The position numbers and the translations under genes were made by a program. Source: Owenia fusiformis (Eukaryota). Taken from it: DNA of 64,000 nt. Numbering within the stretch: position 1 is the first letter of the stretch; every line of letters starts with the position of its first letter. A model generated the notes under the pieces. That model was not told the DNA's origin and searched no databases. It was given only the letters and a program-made list of their open reading frames with translations. Of this stretch, positions 37,772 through 50,559 are shown piece by piece. Where the stretch lies: the NCBI GenBank assembly GCA_903813345.2, contig CAIIXF020000001.1:27900001-27964000 (forward strand), read 5' to 3'.

Positions 37772-40700
37772 ATGCTGAGTTTAGTGAGCATCGTTTTGTT
37801 GCTGGGGATCTCCCAAGCGCAGACTGACTGGCCACAGATGAAAGAAAGAATAGACACATTTGTAAATGAGATCATTGATTGCAAAGGGAGGGTCGGAATG
37901 AATCTGGCGATTGTAAAAGACCGCGAAACTCTATATACGACGGGGTACGGCTATGCTGACTTGGAGAATCAGGTTTCTAATGATGGAGAGACGATACATT
38001 TGTTATTTTCCATTAGCAAGTCAATCACTGTCACTTTGTTTGCCACGTTGATAGAGCAGACAGGGTAAGAACAACTCTGCAAATATAACATAATCGTACA
38101 TAGTTTTTCTGTCTCTACAAAATCAAAACACACCGTACGGCTTCCGTAGTAAATGTGACTGCTGCTGGCCGTAGACGGTTTCAACGGTAGCAGCAGAAGT
38201 TATTAGCCGTACAAATAATATACCTTTATGGTAGCCGTAGCAAATACTACTGAGATTTAACCAACTTACTAACTAAGGTTTTTAGTAACTTACTAAGTAG
38301 CTAGGCCTAATACTATTAATTCACTTTCTTGATTGGTTACTCACAACAGAATGAAAAAATAATTTTGTGTAACAGTTCTGTGATATTCCGCAACAAAATA
38401 CTTAAGTCGTTCAGTGGGAAATGAAATCATGTCACACTTTATGATGATCTCCGTCCACTCCATTCGCATACAGTTTAAGCGTGTTTTATAGCGAACTACC
38501 TGTAGTTTGGTGTGACCTAGTGGTTAAATTAATATATGGATCTGAAATCAAAGATGTTTGATTCGCTGGAATCAACAAAAAACCATAATGTTATGTAACG
38601 AGCCTCTATTTATTGTGAGATATTAAAGTTGTGCTGTTCTATTTCATAGAATATCGTGGGACTCGTTGATCACAGATCTGTTGCCGAATTTCCGCTTTCG
38701 AGATGAGGAGAGAAACAAGGGGCTAAAGTTGCGAGACTTGATCGGCCACGTGACAGGAATTCCCGAGGGCCTTCCCACAACTTTTGATACAAAGGAAGAG
38801 TTTGTCGAGTAGGTTTGACGGAAATAGTAAACCCACACAATGCAGAATATCAAAGTAAAAACTCATAGTAAAAACTTATAGACATAAGCCTACTAGCTTA
38901 TTAATCTTATTGAGTGAAAACATATTACTACCCGTAGATTCAAATGTAAATGATCAATGCCATGGGACCCAAATGGACGAATATGCAGTCAAGGCAACTT
39001 GAACTGGGCCTCATCCGAATTTTACATATTCAGGATTATGTGAATACCGTGTTCTGATTGTGTGGAAATTGATACACTATACCGTCCTAGCTAGCTGTGT
39101 GTGAAAATTAGATAGCATAGCATATTTTGAACAATTATCGTTTCCTTTTGTCTCTAAACGTTATATTTTCAGGGTTATCCAATGCACCGAACCATTGATG
39201 TCGTTACGTGAAAGTTTCTGCTATGTTGACAAAAATTATTTCCTTGCTGGTGTTATACTTGAACATCTGACTGGTAAATCCTATACACAATTGGTGAATG
39301 AACGAATATTTGCCCCATTGAAGATGAACTCGTCATTTCCATCAAATGCAAAAAGGTTCGATGACTCGGTTGGCAAGTGGGCTTATGGTTATTTTAATTT
39401 CAACGGCCTCTTCATCCCTTTCAAAAGTCCAGGAAGTGATGACGAAGTCACGTAAGCATTTCATATGTTTGCTATTTCAAGTAAAATATATGGACGTTAA
39501 AAAGATAAGAATGCAATTCACAGTTACAGTAAGTTTTGCGTAAAAATAAAATTTTACAAAAATTGAATCGTATGATGAGATTTTAGGTATATTTAGACTT
39601 TTCTATTTACATAAAACATGATCCAAAAATATCATGCATGACTAGCCTGCTTATGTAGTACGTAAAGCCCAACATACACCAATGGGGCACTGTGGTACCT
39701 CAATAGACTTAACATTGCTTAATTGGGACCTCGTGGGACTTCATGGGATTTTGTCCCATGGACTCCGTGAGACTCCATGGAACTTTGCTTCAGCTTGCCC
39801 TATCGTTTCCCATGAGGTTCCACGTGGGACTCGATATTTGAGGTAGTATGGGGCAAAATCCCACGAAGCCCCATCGAGAATGAACATACGTTCATTCTTT
39901 TCATTGGGCATCGTGGGTCATCATGTGACATGTTTGTCAAGTGACTTGGGATCAAAATGGACGCGGCAAAACCTTCTAAACTTAACTACATCATTTCCGT
40001 GGGACTCGAGGGTGCATGGTGAAATTCGATGGAAATTGATTGGGTAAAGTCAACGAGGTCTCCGTGGTATTCTGTCTATCAATACATTTTCTTCTTTGCC
40101 CCTAATGTCAACTTCTAATCCATAGGGATGACCTGATAAGTTATGACAAAACTTCTAGAATATTCGCGGGCCTCAAACAGCCTTTGATCGTATTTGCAGT
40201 GAATTAGGAGCGCCAGCCTATGGAGCAATGTCAACGGCAGAAGATATGGCGGAGTATATGAAGTTCCATCTTGGAGCGTATAGAAATGACGGATCCAACA
40301 ATCCAGTTGTAGACGCTGAGATATTGAGGGAAATGTACAAACCAAACCAAGCGATCAATCTTTTCACAGCATTTCTTGAGATTGACGGTCTGGATGATTT
40401 GCAAGAAACGTGGAGAATATATGACTATGGCATGGGATTTTGGATTGGTAATTATAGAGGTGAGTAGAGCACTGAGTGATGGAGCAAAGTTCTTTTTTCC
40501 TCATGCGTGGAAGTTTCATGCCTTCCAACCTATTTCATACCATTTGAAAGGTCGTGATGAGCTTGATGCAATTCAAAAGTCAAATTATATACTGGTTCTG
40601 TTCAAATACTCATCAACATGTCATCAGCAATATGTAGCCTCACGCGCACTAAGGTAAAGTGTTAGATTGAGGGAAATAATTATAATTGGGTCAATGGAAA

Positions 40701-43700
40701 CACCATATGAGAGGGTGATAGTCTTGATAGAGCTACCTGGGGGTCATAATTTACACGCTATTTACACTATACAGATCATTCCAAGACAACTCCGCCGGGA
40801 GCACAAAAGCACTTTTCGTTCGTGTATTTCGTTTAGCGCAATACTGGTCCTAGCCAAAACCGATGGATTTACACTTGCTACATGTATTTAGCCTTGCCCA
40901 AGTCGGTATTTTTACTTATCTGATCTTGAATTATTACCGCCTTGTACAATCATAATAGAAATCAAGACAAGTAAAAGAGACCGACTTGGGCAAGGCTACA
41001 TGTATTAAATGTACTTGTATTTAAGATGTCTTAGACGTTACAAAGCGTTTTGCTAAGACTACATGATGTAGGGTCCAAAATGTTTTGACTGAGAGCGCAG
41101 GCCCGTAGCCAGAGGGGGAGCTGGGGGAGCGGAAGCTCCCCCCCACTGGCCAGAAATTCTTTCAAAATCATGCAGTATTTCACCATTCTGAGAATTTTTC
41201 GCATGATTTTTAGCCAAAATTGTAAAAATATCCCCCCCTGGAGAGAAGCTCCCCCCCCTGGTAAAAGCTGGCTACGGGCAAGGAGCGGTCAGCCCCCTCT
41301 TATCTATCCGGTTTGCGAACCTTGGATTTAAGAAAATGTCGGATTTACGCTACAATCTAAAATGTTTTTTAGAGTGGTAGTGTAAATCGCCGGGAGTTCA
41401 CTTAACTGTATATAAACCTTGACGGGGATCCTCGGCGCACATGGGGTACCCTTTTTGGTGTAAATCCAACTAAATCACTGGTGATCCACTCAATTAGCCT
41501 ACGCTGGTTACCAAAACGGTTCGAATTTTTCTTTTTTCCTTATTTCACGCGTTTTAGGCAGAATCCTCACGACCCCCCCCCCCCCCGTTTTTTCTCACAA
41601 CGTATATCAGTATCATATATTTTAGAAAATGTTCATGTTTGCGAAAAAGTACAGAAGCACTCGTTGCCATAAGTCGCGCCCTCAAAACCCGGGTTTGCCG
41701 TCATCCAAACCCGCCTTTGCAAAAAAACGAACGGTGCATTATTTGACTCGTTCGTGTTATTTTCGAGAGTTTTCAAACCAGAATTTTCATTGCTTTTATT
41801 AGAAGGGTTCCTCGTAATTAACTCTTAACTATGGATATGTTGACTTAAATGCAACTGACTTTTAAAGAGATGTTTTGCGCAACTAGTATGATGAACAAGC
41901 TCACTGGCGGATCTGGGGGGGGGGGCAGCCCCCCCCCCCCCCCTCCTTGGGTGGGCCCAGAAAAAATTAAGCCCCAAAAAGCCCAAAACGAGTGGGCCTT
42001 TTTGGGCATTACTGGGCCTTTTTTACTGTTTTGTCAGCCTTGAAATTTGCACCCCCCCCCTCCCCCTTTGTTGGTTTCTGGATTTGCCCCTGAAGGCAGT
42101 GGCCCTGAAGGCAAGGGGGGATTTTAGTCTGTTAAAAAATTTCTTAGCTTGCACCCTTAAAACCAAAAATTGGGTCCAATTTTTAAAACAAAGTTAAGGC
42201 CCATTTTTGATAAATTGGCCAAAAATGCCCTATAAAGGCCAAATTATGCCCAAAATACCCATTTCTTAAGGCCTTCCCAAAAAATTTGGGTCCAAGAAGT
42301 TAAAAAAATCTGGGGGGGCAGGTTCTAGTGTTTTTTTAGTGCAATTTGTAAATACATTGCCAGGTTTGTGAAATTGATTAATTTTAGCAAAATGAAGTAT
42401 ATCTGTTGGCACAATCAAGCACAATTGTCGCAATCAATCTCTATCTAAAATCACTATATCATGTCATGCCATATCATGATCAAATATCTTCAAGAGATCT
42501 TTTTATTGGATCTAGTAATGCAAATGAGGAGTTGTACATTTAAAATTGAGTCATGTTTAATCATGTTAATGGGAATGAATTGAAGAGATGAAGAGAACAT
42601 TAACAAGTAAATACAATATCAAGTCATTTGGGAGTTGAACCCAAACCAAAGAATATTACTTCCTTGGTGAAGCCCACACAACTTTGAACAATATTGTAAA
42701 AACACATTTATGTTCATTTTTGACAAACTTGCCCTCTGCTTTTACAAGGACTTGGGACCTTCTAGCTAGGCTAGGTAGCATTACAAGTTTGTCGGTCTTC
42801 ACTCTTCACTAAACTTGGACACTCTATTGCTTAGTGGCTTTGCCGTCCATCTTGTTCTTCTCCACTCTTTTCCTATAGGATTTTGTACTCCTGGGTATCG
42901 CGACTTTAGGAACAAAGGCCAGATTAACCAGGACACAGCTAGTCCCTGGAGTAGGAGCAATCATAACATACCTTGGAGCAGGAGCTGGAGGAGTACTTGC
43001 ACTGGAGGTGAATGAAATCAAGTTGGAAGTTGGTTGAGGTTGAAAGGCAAGAGTATCAGGAAGAATCCTCCTGTTCACTCGTGACATTCCTTCACCAGCT
43101 GTGTTCTTGGGAAGATCGAACATGTGGGGATCATCCACGTTGGCTGAGGGCAATGCTGCCACCTTCTTGTCCTACGGGAAGGGATCTGCTGATGAAGCAC
43201 TTGCACTTGACAGGGGTATCCTATCCTAGAGTGTTTCACCAGTTTCAACTAATTTTTCAAATCAAGATGGAGTTTTGCCTAGTTGGTCTCCTGGTAAGGA
43301 GACAATTTTTGTGCTTGCTTTCCTCCACAAGGAGATCAACTGGGCAAAACTCCATCTTGATCTGAAAAAACGTTAACAAGACACACAGTGATAAATATCG
43401 CACTTTGAAGAGCAAACTGGCCACCATGCAATTTACCCAGCATGGCCAAAACCTAATCAGACCTTGGCACTAGTCTGCTCTTGCATCTGTAAACATTTCA
43501 AGTTGACAAGGTTAGCGGTTTTCCTGCAATTTTGATGACAAGAATTTATTTGTAGTCTTGAACTTTGGGAAAATTTAGATAACATTGTTTGTGACCTAAT
43601 TTGATGACCTTCGACCTTGAAAATTTCCTAAATTTAAATCCAAAATATCAATTTAGAAAATCAACTTTTTTGACCTTTTCAAGGTCACTGAAGGTGAATG

Positions 43701-46700
43701 AAAGGTCAAATCTGTTACCTAGTTTAATGACCTTCACCTTCGACCTTAAAAATTTCACTTTTTCAGACCTCAGTAGGTGTTTTTTGTAATTAAACTGACC
43801 TAAATTTAAATCCAAAATATCAATTTAGAAAATCTACTTTTTTGACCTTTTCAAGGTCACTGAAGGTGAATGAAAGGTCAAATCTGAAATCTAAGGTCAG
43901 ATTTGAACTTCTGAGAACTTGTAGATGTTTTTTTTTTTAAAAATTGGTCAATTTGGAGCAAGTTGAAAAATTAAAAATGGCCGCCAAATTGAAAAATTCA
44001 AAATGGCCACCATGTAATTTAGCCAGCATACCCAAAACCTAATCAGATCTTGGCAATAGCCTGCTCTTGCATCTGTAAAAAATTTCAAGTTGAACGGATA
44101 AGTGGTTTTCCTGGAATTTTGATGACAAGATTTGTTGAAAAATTCAAAATGGCCGCCACGTAGTTTACCCAGCATGCCCTTAACCTAATCAGATCTTGGT
44201 ACTAGTCTGGTCTTGCATCTGTAAAAATTTCAAGTTGAACAGGTAAGCAGTTATCCTGGAAATTTGATGACAAGATTTGGTTTATGTGCCGCCCGCCCGC
44301 CCGCCCAACAGCACAAGACGACGACACTTTTTCAAAGTGCGATAAAAAGGGAAACACTCTAGGGTATCCCCTGTTCTGTCCTATGTCATTCCTTTCATGT
44401 CTATTTTCTAAAAATCCACAAAGTGTACACTTTATTTCAGGAAAACTAAAGATATTTAAAATAATCTATTATTTGGGAGAATTTAAACATTTTTCACTCG
44501 TTTTTGCATTTTGAATCTGTCCTATGTCATTCCTTTTATGTCTATTTTCTAAAAATCCACAAAGTGTACACTTTATTTCAGGAAAACTAAAGATATTTAA
44601 AATAATCTATTATTTGGGAGAATTTAAACATTTTTCACTCATTTTTGCATTTTGAATCCATTTTAACTTCACCAATTTATAACATATCGTGAATCTTCTG
44701 GGAATATCGTATTTGGAATTGTAAGGAATAGATTGGTAGGTCAACTGTACATGTTGCTAGTAATTTTTTCATCCCTATAGATCTGATTCTGCCTTTAAGT
44801 ACAGCAACACTCTCCTTCCTTTTCTTATCATCAATCCTGAAAAATAGTGTAATGTAACATTAGACTGAATGAATATTTTAATATATCGGTTGATAAAAAA
44901 AAAACTAATTTGCTACAATATCACAATTTACTCTAGATTGTGGCTACAGAGTTGCGGTATCATTTTTCAACATGTTCAATGAACAATAATTCATTATTTT
45001 TTCTTTAAAATTAATGTTTTTCAATGCGAAAGACTGTAATTGGTTTAAATGAATGATGTACTTCCATAAAGTCAATGTGGCATTGTTGATGTGAAACATC
45101 TGAATCTGTGTTCTGCTCATAACATCTGCATCTTTCACTACCTTTCTTCTAATCTCATTGTAGGATTTTACAATGAGGTTCAACCTCATCTCCTTCACAC
45201 CAGCCACCTGGGTGGATCCAGGGTGAATTTCCAAGAGGAGTCTCATCACAGCCTCCATATATCTGTTGTGGTCTGGTGATCTGGCTACAACACCTTGGGT
45301 CAATAATGCCCTGAAAAAGAACAAGTGATGAGTTTAAGGATGGCATTTAACTTTAACTAAGAATGCAAAAATCTACGATGTATAAAACACACCCTTGGTA
45401 TACGCAGCTAACGAAAATTGACCGGTACGGTCAAAAGCTGGACTGGTACGGGTTAACGTTTTTATTTGAATTTAAAACAGCCATAACTTGCTCAATATTG
45501 ACTTCCTCGTGTCTAATTTGAAATATATGATGCCTCCCGATGCTTTTAAGTACCCCAATTTTTTACAGATTTTTAAACGGACCAAAACTCTCTAAATGCG
45601 CATTTATGCTCTTTTCTCTCGAGAACGACTGTCTCATTTTCACGATAACTTTTATTTAGTACTTCTGACATATAAGATCTATTTTTCCCCATCAAGGTAT
45701 GATGTAAATGACATGCTATTTACATCTTGTGAGTTTCAATGACACGCGTTTAATTTTATAAAAAATGCCAAACTTTGTGACAAAGAATTTCATCACCTAT
45801 TGCCCAGAACTGGTCCGTCTTCTCGCTGCAAGCAGATTGCCCCGAACCGGTCCGTCTTCTCGCTGCAAGCAGGATGAAATTCTTTGTCACAAAGTTAGGA
45901 AACATACTTATTTTCATACTAGGAAACATACTGTAACAATTATTTTTATACCTCAATCAAACATTTAAACACTAATATATTCACTGTAACAGTGAATATC
46001 TTTCAGTGTTTGAATGTTTGATTTCTAAATTTTGTTATACGTACGTACATGCTAGAAATAAAGTTAGAGATCCTACATATTGTGGATGAAAAAAAATTTT
46101 GCATGTGTAAAAACTTGAAATAATACTGGGGCCATTCAGAATAATGCTAGAAATAAGACTAGAGCTCTTAACAGCTCCAAAATATTTTTAGCATGTACGC
46201 ACATATAAGAATATTGCTCGGGCTATTAAGAAAATTCTTACTGCGATTTCCCTGAAATGTTTTACATGTACGTACATAAGAAAATGGATCTATATTACTT
46301 CCTGCGAAAGCTATTTGGATTTTGATATAATAGCTTTCCCACGGAGCATTTGGACAGCTCAATGATCGTGACCTTTGAAATCGAATTAAGACGATCCGCG
46401 GCTTACTTTTGGTCTCTAACTGTGTCTTACATCAGTATCATCAATCCGTGTAAGTATTGGAGCGCTGGAGTACTTCTTTTTCGATCAAGACTTGTAATTG
46501 TTAGTCGAGTGAATCGTTTTACTGCCAAATTCCAATATGGCGGTTTCTGCTCGGACATTCTCGTAAATCTCCGGAGGTTGTCCGAACCTAACTAATTCTC
46601 AAAATTCATTTCGTTCGTTGCGTATCTCGCACCTAGCAAACCGCCATATTGGAAATAGGTCTGTAAAACTTTCACTCGATGAACAATTTACAAGTCTTGA

Positions 46701-49061
46701 TCGAAAAAGAAGTACTCCAGCGCTCCAATACTTACACGGATTGATGATACTGATGTAAGACACAGTTAGAGACCAAAAGTAAGCCGCGGATCGACTTAAT
46801 TCAATTTCAAAGGTCACTATTGATCAGCTGTTCACTTCTCCGTTTGAGAGCCATAAGTTTCAAAATCTAACATGGCTCTCGAAGTGAGTAAGATCTATAT
46901 ACTTAATCAACATCCGGGGTCTTTTCTTGGAACCCTTTAACTTCTTCATCTCTATGGCCTCATTGCCCTCCAGAAATGCCATAAGGTACTTGACCAGGGT
47001 TGCCTTGTTCTGACTCAGGGATGCAGGAGTTGCACACTCTCTGTCGACAGATTCTACAATGTATGCAGCATACCCAAAGAATTCTTTACAAGCCACTTGA
47101 AGGTCTGGCCTCTGAAGGCAGCAAACTGTAACATGAAGTGAGTGAGCCAATCCCACTCTTCCTTCGCACCAGGTCCAATTTTCTTTGCTTGTGCCAGCAC
47201 CTCAGCTAGGGCCATGGGCCTCCCAACAGGCTTCCTCGCCTTATTGACTTGGGCAGCTTTTGCAGCTTTCTTGCTCAGACACAGCTTTCCACTTGATAGT
47301 CTCAAGAAGAGGCTAGACATATTCTGAAACATACCCCCAGGTTATTCTTATTATTTGAGGGCTCTTAGTTCTACATTTCAAAAGTCTGAGAAAAATAAAC
47401 ATCAAAACTACGACTCGAAACCCGCATATATATTTTTTGAAAAAATGAAAGAATGTTTCCTGCTACAATGAAGCTGTCTATACCCTCTCAGTTCGTCAGA
47501 AATCGCCGATGAGTTTTCAAAGTACCAGTAGATCAAAAAAAATCCGTTTTTTGAAATATTTCAAAATTCGATCGATCATTTCGTAGAGAAATACTCCGAT
47601 TTTAGAGTGGAAACTTACCAATTCTCGTCTCTGGGTAGATATTCTTCAAAATATATCATGGTTTTGCTATGAAAAGCAGTTATCACGGAGTAAATCCATC
47701 TCAAAGTACGCATTTTCTTCATTTCAAACTAGTTGAAAACAAAGATGGCTGAACTATGAAGTGACAAGTTAGAGTAGAAGGGGTCTTTTGACTTTTGGTA
47801 TTTAGGCCACTGATAAAAATAACTGATTTTCATGTGTTTAACATTTACTAAGTACAAAATACCAGGTATATCATTCTAATTAAGCACATTTTTCTATTTC
47901 TTAGCCTCATTAAACGCTTATTTCGTTTGGAATGCCCTTAAACCCTGCTGAACCCTGGTCTGAGAAACAAAGATCTAAATAAGGCAAAAGAGCACCCGGG
48001 TTCACTGTTAAACCTCCTGCTCACTGTAGTATGAATCATGAATGTACTTTCACACAGGGTTTAACAGAAAGAAACAGTGAACCCTGGTCTAACGAATCCG
48101 TGTTTCCAGGGTTCGCCTAGCATGCCTTCGACTCTTTCTCAAAAAGTAGCTCAGAAGACAACAGAATCGTCGATTTAATTGTGAAGAATTAAATCGACGA
48201 TTCTATGTATTTGTTCGCACATATGTACATTTTCTTAAACATACGATACTGATACACGTTTGTTAAAAATATCGTGGGAATTCTGCCTACAACGTGTGAA
48301 ATAAGGAAAAGAGAAAATCGTGCCTTCGATGTTCCGACATCTTGTTACCAAAACGAACCGTTTTGGCAACCAGCGTAATCGAGTGGATCACCAGTGTAAA
48401 TATAACACGTTCACGTACGTTCTCCTAAAATGTGTCCCTTTCGTGTTGTGTCATTTCAGAAACCGACCTCGTACAACACGGTGGTTATGGGCCCCATAAT
48501 ACCCTGCTGACATTGTTCGAATACTGGAACATTAGCATCTATACAACGATAAATGGACCACTTGATCTCGAATCACATGCTACGATGTCATTCATTCATT
48601 TCTATATCGCAGACATCTTGCGTGGCAACTCTCCTATATTTGGTATCGGATACGCCTGTGAATACAATCTCCCCTCGAAAGCCGGTTCATTCTGTGGGCC
48701 TTTCAACGTATATCCAGATTATAGCATCGATAAAACTAAAAATTCAACCTCTCCCATTGAAACATACATTGGAACTTATATTAAAGGAGATGATGAGGTC
48801 GAAATTAAAATTGACGCCGTTACCCCTAACTTAGTGATGGTGAAAGGATGTGAAGAGTACATTCTTTACCCGGATGGTGAGGCCCACTCCTTTGTTGTTG
48901 AGTCCACAGGAGAATGTTTGGGATGTGCTAAAGGTGTTGTCTTCACAGGCTTACCAGAATCTGCATCGTTTGAGGGTTTCTCAAGTCTGAGTATAGATGG
49001 CGTTCGGTTTCGAAATTTGAAAATAAGCTCCGCGAGCGAAAGCGAATGCGATCAATTATAG
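37772..49061 (+). CDS. Secreted beta-lactamase-related (PBP/class C fold) serine hydrolase; 5 exons, 530 aa
   Basis: Exons 37772-38064, 38650-38808, 39173-39451, 40200-40459, 48460-49061. GT-AG, phases match, total 1593 nt. Signal peptide MLSLVSIVLLLGISQA, GYGYAD, SxxK (SISK), LRDLIGHVTG, FCYVDKNY, RIFAPLKM, STAEDMAEYMKFHL, YGMGFW, HGG. Confidence 0.88.
40889..40998. mobile_element. 110-bp MITE, TAGCCTTGCCCAAGTCGGT TIR, 8-bp TSD
   Basis: TSD CATGTATT at 40881-40888 and 40999-41006. Confidence 0.88.
41098..41282. mobile_element. MITE of the CAGGCCCGTAGCCAG family with 5-bp TSD
   Basis: TSD GAGCG at 41093-41097 and 41283-41287. Right terminus slightly decayed. Confidence 0.7.
44375..44658. 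repeat. 141-bp tandem duplication
   Basis: CCTATGTCAT at 44380 and 44521; the two units are nearly identical. Confidence 0.92.
46295..46891. mobile_element. 597-bp foldback MITE, TTACT...AGTAA, 8-bp TSD (isomer 2), nested in copy A
   Basis: TSD GATCTATA at 46287-46294 and 46892-46899. The empty site (single GATCTATA) is at 61291-61298 in copy C. Confidence 0.95.
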
Positions 49062-50559
49062 GCCCTTGGTCTGCAAAAGGGTCTGGCAAAAGGGGTGGCG
49101 ACCTTGCAATATGGAGTTGCAAATGATCAATAGTACAGTGAATGATAAATGTTGGGTTGATTTTTCAAATCACCCCAACTGCTTGTGTATTGAAATCTTG
49201 GGGTTGAAAGCTAGTGCATGGTTATTCAGATAAAATTCAGCTTTGTGTCAACTACTGACAATGTTTTACAAACCCAAGTTTTCAGTACACACAATAAGAA
49301 ATGCTACATTTTATACATAAACTTTCACCTGAATAAAAATTCATCTTTGAGTCACTCTAAGCGTTGATGTTAGTTTTGATCTGCAGATGACAGCATTGGC
49401 GGATCCAGGGGGCGGGGGGATTTTTGAGAAAGAGTCGAAGGCATGCTAGGCGAACCCTGGAAACACGGATTCGTTAGACCAGGGTTCACTGTTTCTTTCT
49501 GTTAAACCCTGTGTGAAAGTACATTCATGATTCATACTACAGTGAGCAGGAGGTTTAACAGTGAACCCGGGTGCTCTTTGGCCTTATTTAGATCTTTGTT
49601 TCTTAGACCAGGGTTCAGCAGGGTTTAAGGGCATTCCAAACGAAATAAGTGTTTAATGAGGCTAAGAAATAGAAAAATGTGCTTAATTAGAATCATATAC
49701 CTTGTATTTTGTACTTAGTAAATGTTAAACACATGAAAATCAGTTATTTTTATCAGTGGCCTAAAGTACCAAAAGTCAAAAGACCCCTTCTACTCTAACT
49801 TGTCACTTCATAGTTCAGCCATCTTTGTTTTCAACTTGTTTGAAATGAAGAAAATGCGTACTTTGAGTTGGATTTACTCCGTGATAACTGTTTTTCATAG
49901 CAAAACCATGGTATGTTTTGAAGAATATCTACCCAGAGACGAGAATTGGTAAGTTTCCACTCTAAAATCGAAGTATTTCTCTACGAAATGATCGATCGAA
50001 TTTTGAAATATTCCAAAAAACGGATTTTTTTAGATCTACTGGTACTTTGAAAACTCATCGGCGATTTCTGACGAACTGAGAGGGTATAGACAGCTTCATT
50101 GTAGCAGGAAACATTCTTTCATTTTTTCAAAAAATATATATGCGGGTTTCGAGTCGTAGTTTTGATGTTTACTTTTCTCAGACTTTTGAAATGAAGAACT
50201 AAGAGCCTTATTCTTGACATTTAGCAGTTTAGTGTTAGAGTCTAGCAAAGAATTGGCCCTCAAATGATAACAAATAAGAAAAATAACCTGGGGGTATGTT
50301 TCAGAATATGTCAAGCCTCTTCGTGAGACTATCGAGTGGAAAGCTGTGTCTGAGCAAGAAAGCTGCAAAAGCTGCCCAAGTCAATAAGGCGAGGAAGCCT
50401 GTTGGGAGGGCCATGGTCCTAGCTGAGGTGCTGGCACAAGCAAAGAAAACTGGACCTGGTGCGAAGGAAGAGTGGGATTGGCTCCCTCACTTCATGTTAC
50501 AGTTTGCTGCCTTCAGAGGCCAGACCTTCAAGTGGCTTGTAAAGAATTCTTTGGGTATG

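Larger units (their letters stand above)
42824..47332 (-). pseudogene. Fragmented putative transposase gene of copy A (exon remnants 47332-46900, 45310-45062, 44838-44790, 43240-42824)
   Basis: Peptides LQFAAFRGQTFKWLVKNSLG/YAAYIV...LSQNKATLVKYL, PDHNRYMEAV...YNEIRRKV...IQMFHINNATLTLW, FDLPKNTAG and IPRSTKSYRKR. From memory these resemble the large DUF6729-associated uncharacterised proteins of fish and invertebrates; unverified. Confidence 0.65.
41652..48140 (-). mobile_element. Large intron-containing DNA transposon derivative, copy A (6489 bp)
   Basis: Ends CAGAAGCACTCGTTGCC...GCCTTCGACTCTTTCTC. TSD AAAAAGTA at 41644-41651 and 48141-48148. Decayed coding exons on the minus strand. Confidence 0.93.
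41476..48396. mobile_element. ~420-bp foldback element with CAC...GTG ends and 5-bp TSD (Transib-like), split by transposon copy A
   Basis: 41476-41651 is the imperfect reverse complement of ~48205-48396. Ends CACTGGTGATCCACTC / GAGTGGATCACCAGTG. TSD TAAAT at 41471-41475 and 48397-48401. Confidence 0.85.

Noticed and set aside
37772-49061. Bacterial contaminant or antibiotic-resistance gene
   Set aside because: It has four GT-AG introns and is embedded among animal genes and repeats. The fold alone does not imply beta-lactam hydrolysis.
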